The notes beneath the pieces are model-generated. The model was not told the origin of the DNA and ran no database searches. It saw nothing but the letters and a program-made list of their open reading frames with translations. Made by a program: the position numbers and the translations under genes. Positions 20,135 through 29,688 of a stretch of 64,000 nt of DNA are shown here, one piece after another. Location: assembly GCA_965226745.1 (NCBI GenBank), contig CBDDDS010000002.1, positions 92,801-156,800 of the forward strand, read 5' to 3'. The stretch is from Dehalococcoidia bacterium. GTDB taxonomy: Bacteria > Chloroflexota > Dehalococcoidia > Lucifugimonadales > SAR202-VII-2. Within the stretch, counting starts at the first letter, position 1, and each line of letters opens with the position of its first letter.

Positions 20135-20248
20135 ATGAAAGTGAGAAGCTCGGCCAAGCCGATATGCGACAAGTGCAAAATCATCCGTCGAAGGGGTGTG
20201 GTGCTGGTTATTTGCGAGAACCCGCGCCACCGCCAGAGACAGGGATAG
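20135..20248 (+). CDS. rpmJ: 50S ribosomal protein L36
   Basis: Own translation (too short for the track): [37 protein letters not shown]. Confidence 0.93.
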   Translation: MKVRSSAKPICDKCKIIRRRGVVLVICENPRHRQRQG

Positions 20249-20258
20249 GAGGCAAACG

Positions 20259-20642
20259 ATGGCTCTGGTAGCCGGCGTCAACATTCCGGACAACAAACGA
20301 GTCGAGATCGCTCTGCGGCGAGTGCATGGCGTGGGGCCCACGCGCTCCAAGGAGATCGTGGCCCGGGTTGGCATTGAGGGCAACCCCCGCATCTCCGAGC
20401 TCACCGACCAGGAAATGAGCCGCATCCGCGAGGTCATAGATCGGGAATACACGGTGGAGGGTGACCTGCGGCGCGAGGTGAACCTCAACATTCGCCGCCT
20501 CATCGACATCGGAAGCTACCGGGGGCTGAGGCACCGCCACAACCTGCCGGCGCGGGGCCAACAGACCCGCACCAATGCACGCACCCGCCGCGGCGCGCGG
20601 AAGACGGTGGCCGGACGCCGCCGCACCTTCGCCAAGAAGTAA
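20259..20642 (+). CDS. rpsM: 30S ribosomal protein S13
   Basis: Track ORF trimmed to ATG 20259: [26 protein letters not shown]... AGGAGG is upstream. Confidence 0.96.
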   Translation: MALVAGVNIPDNKRVEIALRRVHGVGPTRSKEIVARVGIEGNPRISELTDQEMSRIREVIDREYTVEGDLRREVNLNIRRLIDIGSYRGLRHRHNLPARGQQTRTNARTRRGARKTVAGRRRTFAKK

Positions 20643-20675
20643 TCGCTTCAGAAGCAATCGCATCAAAGGAGAAAC

Positions 20676-21065
20676 ATGGCGCGCCAGCGAACGCGAACCC
20701 GCCGCCGGGAACGCAAGTCCGTACCCGTGGGCAGGGCTTACGTCCAGTCCACCTTTAACAACTCGCTCATCACGCTTACGGACCCGCAGGGAAACGTGAT
20801 TTCGTGGAGCAGCTCGGGCTCCGTGGGCTTCAAGGGGTCCCGCAAGGGCACCGCGTTCGCCGCCCAGAGGGCGGCTGAAGCTGCGGCCCGCAAGGCAATG
20901 GAGCATGGGCTGCACCAGATAGACGTTTACGTCAAGGGCGCCGGCTCCGGCCGCGAGGCCGCCATCCGCGCGCTACAGGCGGCGGGCTTGCACGTCACAG
21001 GCATCATCGACGTAACCCCTGTTCCACACAACGGTTGCCGGCCACCCAAACAGCGCCGGGTCTAA
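20676..21065 (+). CDS. rpsK: 30S ribosomal protein S11
   Basis: 129 aa. ...[20 protein letters not shown]... Confidence 0.97.
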   Translation: MARQRTRTRRRERKSVPVGRAYVQSTFNNSLITLTDPQGNVISWSSSGSVGFKGSRKGTAFAAQRAAEAAARKAMEHGLHQIDVYVKGAGSGREAAIRALQAAGLHVTGIIDVTPVPHNGCRPPKQRRV

Positions 21066-21082
21066 GGAGTTCCCACGAGCAT

Positions 21083-21709
21083 ATGGCACACTACACAGGA
21101 CCAGTTTGTCGATTTTGCAGGCGCGCGGGGGAGAAGCTCTTCCTGAAAGGAGAGCGCTGCTTCTCGCCCAAGTGCGCCATTGAGAAGCGCCGGCGGGCGC
21201 CCGGGGAGCAGATGCCCCGGCGCCGGCGCCAGTCCGATCGGGCCGTTCAGCTCCGCGAGAAGCAGAAGCTGCGGCAGACCTACGGGGTGCTAGAGCGGCA
21301 GTTCAGCAACTACATGGCCGACGCCCGGCGACATAAGGGTGTTACGGGCCAGTTGCTGCTCCAGATGCTGGAAAGCCGCCTGGACAACGTGGTGTTCCGG
21401 CTGGGTTTCGCCGACTCCCGCAGCCAGGCGCGACAATTGGTGACGCACGGCCACTTCAACGTCAACGACAGAAAGACCGACATTCCGTCGTACCTGGTCA
21501 AGGCCGGCGACGCGATTGGGTGGCGCGAAAACAGCGCCAAGAGTGAGTACTTCAAGATACTAAAGGAGGGTGGCCTCAGGCGCACACCCCCCAGTTGGCT
21601 TGGGTTGGACAGCGAGGCAATGGCCGGACGGGTCTATTCCATGCCCGACCCGCAGGAGGTTGACACCCGCATAGATACGCGGCTCATCGTGGAGTACTAC
21701 TCCCGGTAG
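21083..21709 (+). CDS. rpsD: 30S ribosomal protein S4
   Basis: Track ORF trimmed to ATG 21083: [31 protein letters not shown]... Confidence 0.96.
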   Translation: MAHYTGPVCRFCRRAGEKLFLKGERCFSPKCAIEKRRRAPGEQMPRRRRQSDRAVQLREKQKLRQTYGVLERQFSNYMADARRHKGVTGQLLLQMLESRLDNVVFRLGFADSRSQARQLVTHGHFNVNDRKTDIPSYLVKAGDAIGWRENSAKSEYFKILKEGGLRRTPPSWLGLDSEAMAGRVYSMPDPQEVDTRIDTRLIVEYYSR

Positions 21710-21765
21710 CGACCCAAAGCCCTTTCGACGTAGCGCATGAGCCGCTCGGCGGCATATGAGGAGGA

Positions 21766-22764
21766 TTGCACACAGCTATGGTAACCAATGGGGTTCCCCG
21801 CCCCGAAGTCAAGACACTCGAGAGCACCGACATCTATGCAAAATTCGCCGTGGAACCCTTGGAGCGGGGCTTCGCCACCTCCCTGGGCAATCCCCTGCGC
21901 CGGGTCCTGCTCAATAGCGTTCCGGGGGCAGCGGTCACCTGGATTCGGATTGAAGGGATTCTTCACGAGTACACGGCCATCCCAAGCGTGAGGGAGGACG
22001 TCCAGGAGTTCATCCTGAACGTCAAATCCCTCCGCCTGCGCGCCCGCAGCGAACGCTCTTGCACCCTTCAGTTGGACACAGAGGGCCAGACGGAGGTGTA
22101 CGCCAGGGACATTGTGGCGCCGCCGGACTTCGAGATCATGAACCCGGACCTGCTGCTGGCCACGCTGGACTCCCCGGAGGCCAGGCTGTCCGTGCAGTTC
22201 AACGTCGAGCACGGGAAGGGCTACCAGCCCGCGGAATCCAAGGATGGCATGCCCATCGGCGTTATTCCGGTGGACGCCATCTTCAGCCCCGTTCGAAAGG
22301 TGAACTATACGGTTGAGCACACGCGGGTCGGTCAGTTCACCGACTACGAACGCCTGATTGTGGAGGTGCTCACCGACGGCACCCTCAGCCCCCTGGAGGC
22401 CATGCGCACGGCCGCCGACATGCTGGTGGAGCACTTCTTCCTCCTGACGAACGCGGCGGCAGCCGAGGGCAAAGAGGGTTCTCCGGCGGCTCTATCGGAG
22501 CCGATCGAGACGCTAGGCCTGACATCCCGCACGATGAACAGCTTGAAGCGGGCCGGGCTCAACAATGTGGGCGATATTGTGGAGATGCCCAAACAGGCAC
22601 TCCTGAAGACGCGGAACTTCGGCGAGAAGTCCATGGAGGAAGTGTACGAGAAGCTAGAGGAGATGGGGTTTGTCCTCCCCGACGACGCGGCGGGAGTGGC
22701 AGAAAGCCCCGAAGGCGATGCGCCGGACGATGAGGCGCCGGATGAAGAGGAGGAGACAGTATGA
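21766..22764 (+). CDS. rpoA: DNA-directed RNA polymerase alpha subunit (acidic C-terminal tail)
   Basis: 332 aa. ...FAVEPLERGFATSLGNPLRRVLL...; C-terminal-domain sequence ...LGLTSRTMNSLKRAGLNNVGDIV... The start is TTG 21766 or ATG 21778. Confidence 0.95.
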   Translation: MHTAMVTNGVPRPEVKTLESTDIYAKFAVEPLERGFATSLGNPLRRVLLNSVPGAAVTWIRIEGILHEYTAIPSVREDVQEFILNVKSLRLRARSERSCTLQLDTEGQTEVYARDIVAPPDFEIMNPDLLLATLDSPEARLSVQFNVEHGKGYQPAESKDGMPIGVIPVDAIFSPVRKVNYTVEHTRVGQFTDYERLIVEVLTDGTLSPLEAMRTAADMLVEHFFLLTNAAAAEGKEGSPAALSEPIETLGLTSRTMNSLKRAGLNNVGDIVEMPKQALLKTRNFGEKSMEEVYEKLEEMGFVLPDDAAGVAESPEGDAPDDEAPDEEEETV

Positions 22765-23114
22765 TCCATCGAGTAGCAGGGCGGCGGTTGGGGCGCACGT
22801 CCGGGCCCCGGCGGGCGCTGTTGAGAAACCTCGTTGCCTCTCTGATCCGCCACGAGCACATCCGCACCACCGAGGCCAAAGCCAAGGAGGCGCGGCCAAT
22901 GGCCGAATCGTTGATCACGCTGGCCAAGAAGGGCACGTTGCACAGCCGGCGTCAGGCGTTGTCGAAGGTGCCTCAGAAGGATGTTGTGAAGAAGCTCTTC
23001 GACGAGCTTGGTCCCCGTTACGAAGAGCGGGCGGGCGGCTATACGCGCATCATCAAGATTGGTTTTCGCAAAGGGGACGCCGCTCCCTTGGTGCAGTTGG
23101 AGTTCGTGGAGTAA
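22761..23114 (+). CDS. rplQ: 50S ribosomal protein L17
   Basis: 117 aa. MIHRVAGRRLGRTSGPRRALLRNL... Confidence 0.97.
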   Translation: MIHRVAGRRLGRTSGPRRALLRNLVASLIRHEHIRTTEAKAKEARPMAESLITLAKKGTLHSRRQALSKVPQKDVVKKLFDELGPRYEERAGGYTRIIKIGFRKGDAAPLVQLEFVE

Positions 23115-23120
23115 CACAGC

Positions 23121-23945
23121 GTGTGCAGCCAACCCCTCGAGGCATCGAGGAGGCGGATCGCCCTTCGCATTGAGTACGATGGAACCGAATACCTGGGCTC
23201 GCAGCTTCAACGCTCCGGGCCCACAATCCAGGGAGAGCTCGAGCGAGCCCTGGAGCAGTTGACCAGCACCTTTACACGAGTGAGCTTGGCAGGCCGCACG
23301 GACGCCGGGGTTCATGCCTTGGGACAGGTGGCAGCCTTCACAACGCCGGCCCCCTACCCGCCTGATACGTTCCGCCGGGCTCTCAACGCCCACCTGCCGG
23401 ACGACATCAAGGTCCGGGCCGCCCACGACGTGGCGGCCTCCTTCGATCCAAGGCGCGAGGCGGCAAGCCGCACCTATTGCTACGCCATCCTGAACCGCGA
23501 TGCGCCATCGCCGCTACTGCGGCGCTACACGCACCACGTGGCGCAGGCCCTAGCCGTCGATGCGATGGACATGGCGGCAAGGAGCCTTGAAGGGCGGCGC
23601 GACGCGGCATCGTTCGGAGGGACCCTTGGCGCGGGGCGGTCGTCTGTGAGAACGGTGCAACTGTGCCGGGTTTTCAAGCAGGGGGACCTGGTCCTGCTGG
23701 TGATCCGGGCGAACGCCTTCCTACAGGGGCAGGTGCGGCGCACCGCAGGCACGCTGGCCCATGTCGGCGCAGGGAAGCTTGATGGCGATGGCTTCCTGCG
23801 GATCAGGGACGCGGCGCAGGCCGGGGCTGCGGGGCCGGCCTTGCCGGCGCAGGGCCTGTGCCTGCTCGCAGTGGAGTACAGCGGCCTGCCGCCAGCGCCT
23901 TTGGAGGGCTGGCCGCCCGGAGCGCTCCCGCCGGAGCAACAGTAG
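23121..23945 (+). CDS. truA: tRNA pseudouridine(38-40) synthase
   Basis: 274 aa, GTG start. ...RIALRIEYDGTEYLGSQLQ...LAGRTDAGVHALGQV... Confidence 0.9.
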   Translation: MCSQPLEASRRRIALRIEYDGTEYLGSQLQRSGPTIQGELERALEQLTSTFTRVSLAGRTDAGVHALGQVAAFTTPAPYPPDTFRRALNAHLPDDIKVRAAHDVAASFDPRREAASRTYCYAILNRDAPSPLLRRYTHHVAQALAVDAMDMAARSLEGRRDAASFGGTLGAGRSSVRTVQLCRVFKQGDLVLLVIRANAFLQGQVRRTAGTLAHVGAGKLDGDGFLRIRDAAQAGAAGPALPAQGLCLLAVEYSGLPPAPLEGWPPGALPPEQQ

Positions 23946-24079
23946 CCGCCGGCGCAGGATTGAGACAGGCGGGCATCGCCGCGAGGAGAACGCGAGGAAG
24001 ACACCGGGGTCATCCGCCCCGCGAAAAGGACAGGCAGGACCGCCCCACGTGGGGCTTGTCTGACACAAGGAATATTGCA

Positions 24080-24844
24080 ATGGCTGAAAAGACCTATAGT
24101 CCGAAAGCATCAGAGCTATCGAGCACCTGGCGCGTCATAGACGCCGAAGGCCAAGTGCTGGGGCGGCTGGCGACGCAGATCGCAGGGCTGCTCCAGGGCA
24201 AGCACAAGCCGGGGTACGCGCGCCACATGTTGACCGGCGACTTCATCATCGTCGTGAACGCCGAAAAAGTGGCGATCACGGGGCGAAAGCGCGCGCAGAA
24301 GGTGTACTACCGCCACACCGGCTACATGGGCCACCTGAAGGAAACGCCCCTGTGGAAGATGTTGGAAACGCACCCGGAGCGGGTGCTTCAGAAGGCCATC
24401 AAGGGCATGCTGCCAAAGAGCTCCCTGGGCGGCCAGATGCTCCGAAGGCTGAAGATTTACCCAGGACCCGATCATCCGCACCAGGCTCAGGTCCTCGGTG
24501 GTGAGAGGGCCAATCTGCGCACGCCGCAGCGCCCGCTAGAAGAGCGGCGAAAGAAACGCCCCGGCCGAGTTAAGCCTCCCGTCGAGGAGGCCGTCGTAGC
24601 AGCGGTGGTGGACCCAGCGGAGAGCGGCGCGGTGGTTGCCTCTGCGGCCGCGGAAGAAGCAGTTGCTGCAATCGAGGAGACGGTAGCTGAGGCTGAGGAG
24701 CAGCCGGTCGCGGAGGCTTCCCAGGAGCCGGCGGCCGAGGAACAGACGGACGCGGTGGCCGGGCCGGAGGGAGAGAACGCGGCCCCCACCGATGAGCCCG
24801 CCGAGGCGGAAGCCGCCGAGACCGAAGAGAAAAGAGAGGCCTAA
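24080..24844 (+). CDS. rplM: 50S ribosomal protein L13 with ~110-aa Ala/Glu-rich C-terminal extension
   Basis: Track ORF trimmed to ATG 24080: MAEKTYSPKASELSSTWRVIDAEGQVLGRLATQIAGLLQGKHKP... The tail is ...EEAVVAAVVDPAESG...AEAEEQPVAEASQEPAAEEQ...EKREA. Confidence 0.94.
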   Translation: MAEKTYSPKASELSSTWRVIDAEGQVLGRLATQIAGLLQGKHKPGYARHMLTGDFIIVVNAEKVAITGRKRAQKVYYRHTGYMGHLKETPLWKMLETHPERVLQKAIKGMLPKSSLGGQMLRRLKIYPGPDHPHQAQVLGGERANLRTPQRPLEERRKKRPGRVKPPVEEAVVAAVVDPAESGAVVASAAAEEAVAAIEETVAEAEEQPVAEASQEPAAEEQTDAVAGPEGENAAPTDEPAEAEAAETEEKREA

Positions 24845-24847
24845 GGA

Positions 24848-25255
24848 ATGACCACAGAAATCACTGCTCACTATCACTACGGGACTGGTCGCCGGAAGAA
24901 TGCTATCGCCCAGGTCCGGCTGTATCCCGGCGACGGCAGCGTTGTGATCAACAACAAGCCCTGGGAGGAATACTTCCCGCTGGAGATCTGGCGCAACGAG
25001 ATCTCCGCCCCGCTGCGGGTGACCCAGACCCAGAGTAAGTACAACGTCATTGCGAAGGTGCACGGCGGCGGCGTCCACGGCCAGGCCGGGGCAACGCGTC
25101 TGGGCATTGCCCGCGCGCTGCTCAAGGCCGACGAGGAGCAGTACAAACCACTGCTGCGTCGGAACCGCCTCCTAACCAGGGACTCCCGAGTGAAGGAGAG
25201 CAAGAAATACGGTCTCAAGCGAGCCCGCCGGGCGCAGCAGTACACCAAACGGTAG
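24848..25255 (+). CDS. rpsI: 30S ribosomal protein S9
   Basis: 135 aa. ...GGGVHGQAGATRLGIARAL... ending RRAQQYTKR. Confidence 0.97.
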   Translation: MTTEITAHYHYGTGRRKNAIAQVRLYPGDGSVVINNKPWEEYFPLEIWRNEISAPLRVTQTQSKYNVIAKVHGGGVHGQAGATRLGIARALLKADEEQYKPLLRRNRLLTRDSRVKESKKYGLKRARRAQQYTKR

Positions 25256-25278
25256 CATCACGCCATCGGGACGCATTA

Positions 25279-25317
25279 CCGGGGGACCGCAGCAGTGCGG
25301 CCCCCCGGTTTCTGTTT
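25279..25317 (+). terminator. Intrinsic terminator after rpsI
   Basis: The stem CCGGGGGaCCGC / GCGGcCCCCCGG with loop agcagt is followed by TTTCTGTTT. Confidence 0.8.
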
Positions 25318-25585
25318 GGCGGGGTGGCGCGCAGGACGCCCGGCCAGGCTGGCTGAAGCAGAGCCGCGGCCACGCGCCGCCTCAAGCGGCGCGACGGCGT
25401 CAACGCCGGCAGCCGGCCTACCATCAGGCTCCATTCGAGACGGCCCCCGGCGTCGCTTGCATAGGAGACGGCGCCGCATTGGGATTGGGTCCGCCCGTGG
25501 GCGCCAGGGACTGGTTCACTCTGAGGCGTCTACAAGATGTGGCAACCGCTCCGCCTCGGCTGGCGTCCTGCGGAGGGCGCGGTGT

Positions 25586-26740
25586 ATGATAATATGCGAA
25601 ATGCACACCCCGAAACATGTCGCCGTGCTTGGGTCAGGCGGAGCTCTCGGAGGGGCGGTCTTGGAGATCGCCAGAGCCTTTCCGGATCGGATCAGGGTTG
25701 TGGGGCTGGGGGCGCGCAACAACACTTCCCTGCTGGCCCAGCAGATCCAAGAGTTTCAGCCGGCCATGGTAGCCAACAGTGGCGGCTTCCAGCTTCCCCG
25801 CGGCTTCGAGGCCGGTTCCGCCAAGGTCGTTTCCACCGAAGAACTCCTGTCGAGCCCTGACGTTCACACGGTAGTGGTCACGGAAATGGGCGCCCTGGCG
25901 CTTGACTCCATCCTCCGGGCAATTCGCAACGGAAAGACCGTCGTCCTGGGCAACAAGGAAGCGCTGATCATGGCGGGACCGCTCCTGACCTATGAGGCCG
26001 CCCTGCACGACGCTAAGCTCATTCCGATGGACAGCGAGACGACGGCGGTGTGGCAGTGCATGATGGAGGAGCAGGAGCCGCCGGACCGGCTGATCATTCC
26101 GTCGCGGTTCGGGCCGGTTCTCGCGGGAGAGATGGGCCACATGGCCCGCGTTAGCCCGGAAACCTTCACCACCAGGGAACGCCGTCCCCTGGGACGGAAA
26201 CGGGCCATAGATGGCTCAACGCTGATGAACAAAGCCATGCAGGTCGCCGAGGTCCATTACCTGTTCAACATACCCCTAGACCGCATCGCCGTGCTGTTTC
26301 ACCCACAGGACCGCGTGAGGGCGCTGCTGGAGCTTTCGGACGGCGCAGTCAAGGCTGTGATGGCCTCATCCGACCCGCGCCTGGCCATTCAAGTGGCGTT
26401 GGCCTTTCCCGAACGATGGGGGAACGCCAAGCTGCCCAGCATCACAGCCGCAGACCTGACGGAGTTGACGTTTCACCCATTAGAGGAGGACCAGTTCCCA
26501 TGCTTCAGCCTGGCGTTGGATGCTGTGAAACGGGGCAGCACCTACCCCGCCGCCCTCAACGCCGCCAACGAGACGGCGGTTTCCCTGTTCCTCTACCAAC
26601 AGATAGGCTTCCGAGAGATACCCACGATTATCGAGCGGACGCTGGCCTCGCACCGGCCTGTAGCAGACCCCACCTACGAAGACATCATCGCCACCGACAA
26701 CTGGGCTAGGGAGTTTGCTACCGCGCAAACGGCCAGCTAG
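25586..26740 (+). CDS. Divergent 1-deoxy-D-xylulose-5-phosphate reductoisomerase (DXR) family paralogue
   Basis: Track ORF trimmed to ATG 25586 (GGAGGG 8 nt upstream). 384 aa, with DXR-like blocks VAVLGSGGALG, LGNKEAL, PMDSETTAVWQC, STLMNKAMQVAEV, HPQD and NAANETAV. Several catalytic positions are substituted (see findings). Confidence 0.8.
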   Translation: MIICEMHTPKHVAVLGSGGALGGAVLEIARAFPDRIRVVGLGARNNTSLLAQQIQEFQPAMVANSGGFQLPRGFEAGSAKVVSTEELLSSPDVHTVVVTEMGALALDSILRAIRNGKTVVLGNKEALIMAGPLLTYEAALHDAKLIPMDSETTAVWQCMMEEQEPPDRLIIPSRFGPVLAGEMGHMARVSPETFTTRERRPLGRKRAIDGSTLMNKAMQVAEVHYLFNIPLDRIAVLFHPQDRVRALLELSDGAVKAVMASSDPRLAIQVALAFPERWGNAKLPSITAADLTELTFHPLEEDQFPCFSLALDAVKRGSTYPAALNAANETAVSLFLYQQIGFREIPTIIERTLASHRPVADPTYEDIIATDNWAREFATAQTAS

Positions 26741-26748
26741 GTCTACGG

Positions 26749-27843
26749 CTACTCGTAGACGATGACGCCTCGGCCGGGCAGGCCGCGCTCCAGGTCCCCG
26801 TAGGCCTCGTTGACCTGGTCTATGCCGTAGGCGCGTTGCTTGAGGGTCGCCAAGTCCAGCTTGCCCTCCTGCACCAGCCGCGTCAGTTTGGGAAAGTCTA
26901 CGTGGGCGCGCGCCGATCCGTAGTAGCAACCCCTGACAACCTTCTCCATGCGGGTGAGCGTCGTCAGATCGACTTGCAGGGCTTCGCCCACCGGCGCCAA
27001 CCCGACGATGGTCACGGTCCCGGCCTTGCGGGCGGCGTCGTAGGCAACCTTGGACGTGGCTGCGCTCCCAAAGGACTCGAAGGTGTAGTCGGCGCCAAGA
27101 CCTCCGGTGAGCTCCTTGATGCGGGCCACGGGATCTTCCTTGGATGCGTTGACGGCGTCTGTGGCGCCGAACTGCGCGGCCATCTGCAATGCCTCGTCGC
27201 TAACGTCCACGGCGATGATCGTCCCGGCGTTGACTAAGCGGGCGCCCTGCAAGATGTTGAGCCCCACTCCGCCGCAACCGATCACGGCAACGCTGCTGCC
27301 TGCCTCAACCTGGGCCGTGTTGATCACGGCGCCTACGCCTGTGGGAACGCTGCATCCCATGAGGGCCGCCTGGTCCAGCGGAAACCCCTGCGGAAGCTTC
27401 ACGCACGCCGAGGCGGGCACCACGGCATACTGTCCAAAGCAGCCAAGTTTTGCGAATTGGTAGATCTCGGCGCCGTCCTTGCGGAGGCGGGTTGTGCCAT
27501 CCATCAAGGCACCCCTGGCCACGGAGCCCACGTCACAGAGATACGGACGGCCAATGCTGCAATAGTGGCAAAAGCCGCAGTTGGGGACGAAGCTGAGGAC
27601 AACGGGGTCGCCCACGCCGATGGTGGAGACGCCGGGCCCCAACTCTTCCACAATGGCCGCTCCTTCGTGGCCCAGCACGACAGGCATCATGAAGGGAGCG
27701 TGGCCCACCATGAAATGGTAGTCGCTCCGGCAGACTCCGGCGGAAGCCATGCGCACCAAGACCTCGTTCTCGCGAGGCGGCAGGACCTCCAACTCCTCAA
27801 TGGCCATGGGTGTATTGGGCTCGTAAAGAACAGCCGCTTTCAT
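26749..27843 (-). CDS. Zinc-dependent alcohol dehydrogenase (class III / MDR family)
   Basis: Trimmed to ATG 27843 (GGGAGGAA upstream): MKAAVLYEPNTPMAIEELEV...GVCRSDYH...GHEGAAIVEELG...CGFCHYCSIGRPYLC. Confidence 0.9.
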   Translation of the reverse strand: MKAAVLYEPNTPMAIEELEVLPPRENEVLVRMASAGVCRSDYHFMVGHAPFMMPVVLGHEGAAIVEELGPGVSTIGVGDPVVLSFVPNCGFCHYCSIGRPYLCDVGSVARGALMDGTTRLRKDGAEIYQFAKLGCFGQYAVVPASACVKLPQGFPLDQAALMGCSVPTGVGAVINTAQVEAGSSVAVIGCGGVGLNILQGARLVNAGTIIAVDVSDEALQMAAQFGATDAVNASKEDPVARIKELTGGLGADYTFESFGSAATSKVAYDAARKAGTVTIVGLAPVGEALQVDLTTLTRMEKVVRGCYYGSARAHVDFPKLTRLVQEGKLDLATLKQRAYGIDQVNEAYGDLERGLPGRGVIVYE

Positions 27844-27931
27844 GATCTGATTCCTCCCTTGCTGTGTGGGCCTGGCGCGTTCGGGGCCAGACTTTCCAAG
27901 CTTCAACTGCGATTCAGCCTCGTGAACAGCG

Positions 27932-28702
27932 CTAGCGAGCGTCTTTCCTCGGCATGAAGAAGTCGTCGCGGACGAAGATGTTTCCGGTCAGGTAGTAACC
28001 CTGGGGAGAGGCGACAAGGACGGCCAGCGGAGCAATGTCCTCCGGCAGGCCGACGGTGTTCGTTTCACGTTTGTGGGACTGTATCTGTTGCGGCATATCC
28101 CGGCGCCACAACTCGGTGTCGGTGGCGCCGGGGGCGAAGGCGTTCACCGTGATGCGGGAGGCCGCCAGCTCCTGGGCTAGGGCCCGGGTGAAGGCGATGA
28201 CACCCCCCTTGGACGCGACGTAATGGGCGTTGCCCACCGCCAGGGGGACCGCTCTGGGCCGCACACCAAGCAGGGAGGCAAAGTTGATGATCCTGCCCTC
28301 TCCGCGGGCCTCCATGTGAGGGATCGAGGCCTTGCAACAGAGGTATGTTCCTTTCAAGTTCAGATCCAAGATGCGGTCCCATTCATCTTCCGGCAGGTCT
28401 TTGAGGTTGAAGTTCCCGCCGCTGGCGGCCGTGTTCACGAGGATGTCCAATCCGCCTAATGCGTCGACCACCGCCGTCACGGTCTGCGTTACCTGGGACG
28501 CATCCGAAATGTCGGCGGCGAATGCCTCGGCCTTGCCGCCCTCCTCCTTGATCTGCGCCTTCACGCTCTCAGCGCTGGCAAGCCGGTTGTCGACCAAAGC
28601 AACGGCCGCGCCGGACCGGGCAATCTCGAGGGCGAACGCCCTGCCGAAGCCCCCGCCCCCACCTGTGATGAGGGCCACCTTGCCGTCCAATCGAATGTCC
28701 AT
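27932..28702 (-). CDS. Short-chain dehydrogenase/reductase (SDR)
   Basis: 256 aa. MDIRLDGKVALITGGGGGFGRA..., with the YVASK catalytic motif. Confidence 0.9.
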   Translation of the reverse strand: MDIRLDGKVALITGGGGGFGRAFALEIARSGAAVALVDNRLASAESVKAQIKEEGGKAEAFAADISDASQVTQTVTAVVDALGGLDILVNTAASGGNFNLKDLPEDEWDRILDLNLKGTYLCCKASIPHMEARGEGRIINFASLLGVRPRAVPLAVGNAHYVASKGGVIAFTRALAQELAASRITVNAFAPGATDTELWRRDMPQQIQSHKRETNTVGLPEDIAPLAVLVASPQGYYLTGNIFVRDDFFMPRKDAR

Positions 28703-28726
28703 AGGTTCTCCCGACCGGGTGGGCGG

Positions 28727-29539
28727 CTAGGCTTGGGGCGACGACCCGCCCCGGCCGCCGTTGACATCCAAGACCGCTCCGGTGATGTAACCTGCAGCGT
28801 CGGAGGCGAGATAGGTCACGGCTGCGGCGTGCTCCTCAACGAGGCCCACGCGTCCCAGGGGCGTGCTGCTCAGCATCGCAGCCTCCACTGCCCCGCCTCC
28901 ACTCTTCGTTCGATGAGGCGTCTCTATCAGCGACGGAGCGATGACGTTGACGCGGATGGTGGGCGCCCATTCGGCGGCCATGGTCTTGGTCAAGCTGATG
29001 ACGGCAGCTTTGGCGGCGCCGTATGACGCTTGTCCAGGACACGGCCCCTGCCCTGTGATTGAAGCCACGTTTACGATGGCGCCCCTGCCCTGCTCCATCA
29101 TCGCAGGGGCGACCTCGCGGCTGCAGAGAAAGGCCGTGACGACATTCAGGCGATAGGCCTCCATCATGTCGCGGCTGCCTATTTCGAGGATGGGACCCTT
29201 CGTGAACGTTTCCCCCCAGCTTCCCCCGGCATTGTTGACCAGGATGTCGACGCGCCCAAACTCCGCCAGGGCCTTCTCGACAATGCCGTCCACCTGCGCC
29301 TCATCCCTAACGTCGGCGGTGATGCCAATGGCGCGGCGTCCCTTGGCGCGAAGCTCTTCCACGGCCGCGCTGACAGGAGCGTGAGGGCGTTCGGCGCCGC
29401 TGGTTACAGCCTCTGGGAGTCTGGCCACGACGACGATGTTGGCGCCGGCGTCGGCAAGGGAATGGGCTATACCCCGCCCCAGCCCCTGGCTGCCGCCGGT
29501 CACAATGGCAACTCTGCCTTCGAGATCGAACAACGACAT
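28727..29539 (-). CDS. Short-chain dehydrogenase/reductase (SDR)
   Basis: 270 aa. ...GRVAIVTGGSQGLGRGIA..., NNAG, YGAAKAA. Confidence 0.9.
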   Translation of the reverse strand: MSLFDLEGRVAIVTGGSQGLGRGIAHSLADAGANIVVVARLPEAVTSGAERPHAPVSAAVEELRAKGRRAIGITADVRDEAQVDGIVEKALAEFGRVDILVNNAGGSWGETFTKGPILEIGSRDMMEAYRLNVVTAFLCSREVAPAMMEQGRGAIVNVASITGQGPCPGQASYGAAKAAVISLTKTMAAEWAPTIRVNVIAPSLIETPHRTKSGGGAVEAAMLSSTPLGRVGLVEEHAAAVTYLASDAAGYITGAVLDVNGGRGGSSPQA

Positions 29540-29688
29540 GCGCCACCTGCAAGGGAGGGATGTTCCACCTTCGGAGCAGGGCCATTATGCTGGAACGTTG
29601 GAGCGGGGGCAAGGGAAACGGCGTGGCGGACGCTGTTGTCCCTTCCCCTACCCTCAAACGTTCTTGTGGGGGACACCCCCACTCCCCC

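Noticed and set aside
23858-24079. Upstream extensions of several track ORFs (rplM 23858, rplP 10766, rpsD 21035, rpsM 20196, rplX 12728, rpsJ 6263 and the tRNA-overlapping 37155 start of the binding protein).
   Set aside because: The extensions overlap the preceding gene or the tRNA and are low-complexity. Internal ATGs with RBS-like boxes reproduce the canonical family N-termini.
25295-25585. 97-codon N-terminal extension of the DXR-like ORF given by the track.
   Set aside because: The extension is Arg/Ala/Pro-rich and begins inside the rpsI terminator. A GGAGGG box precedes ATG 25586, which gives a normal DXR-length protein starting just before the GSGG NAD(P)-binding motif.
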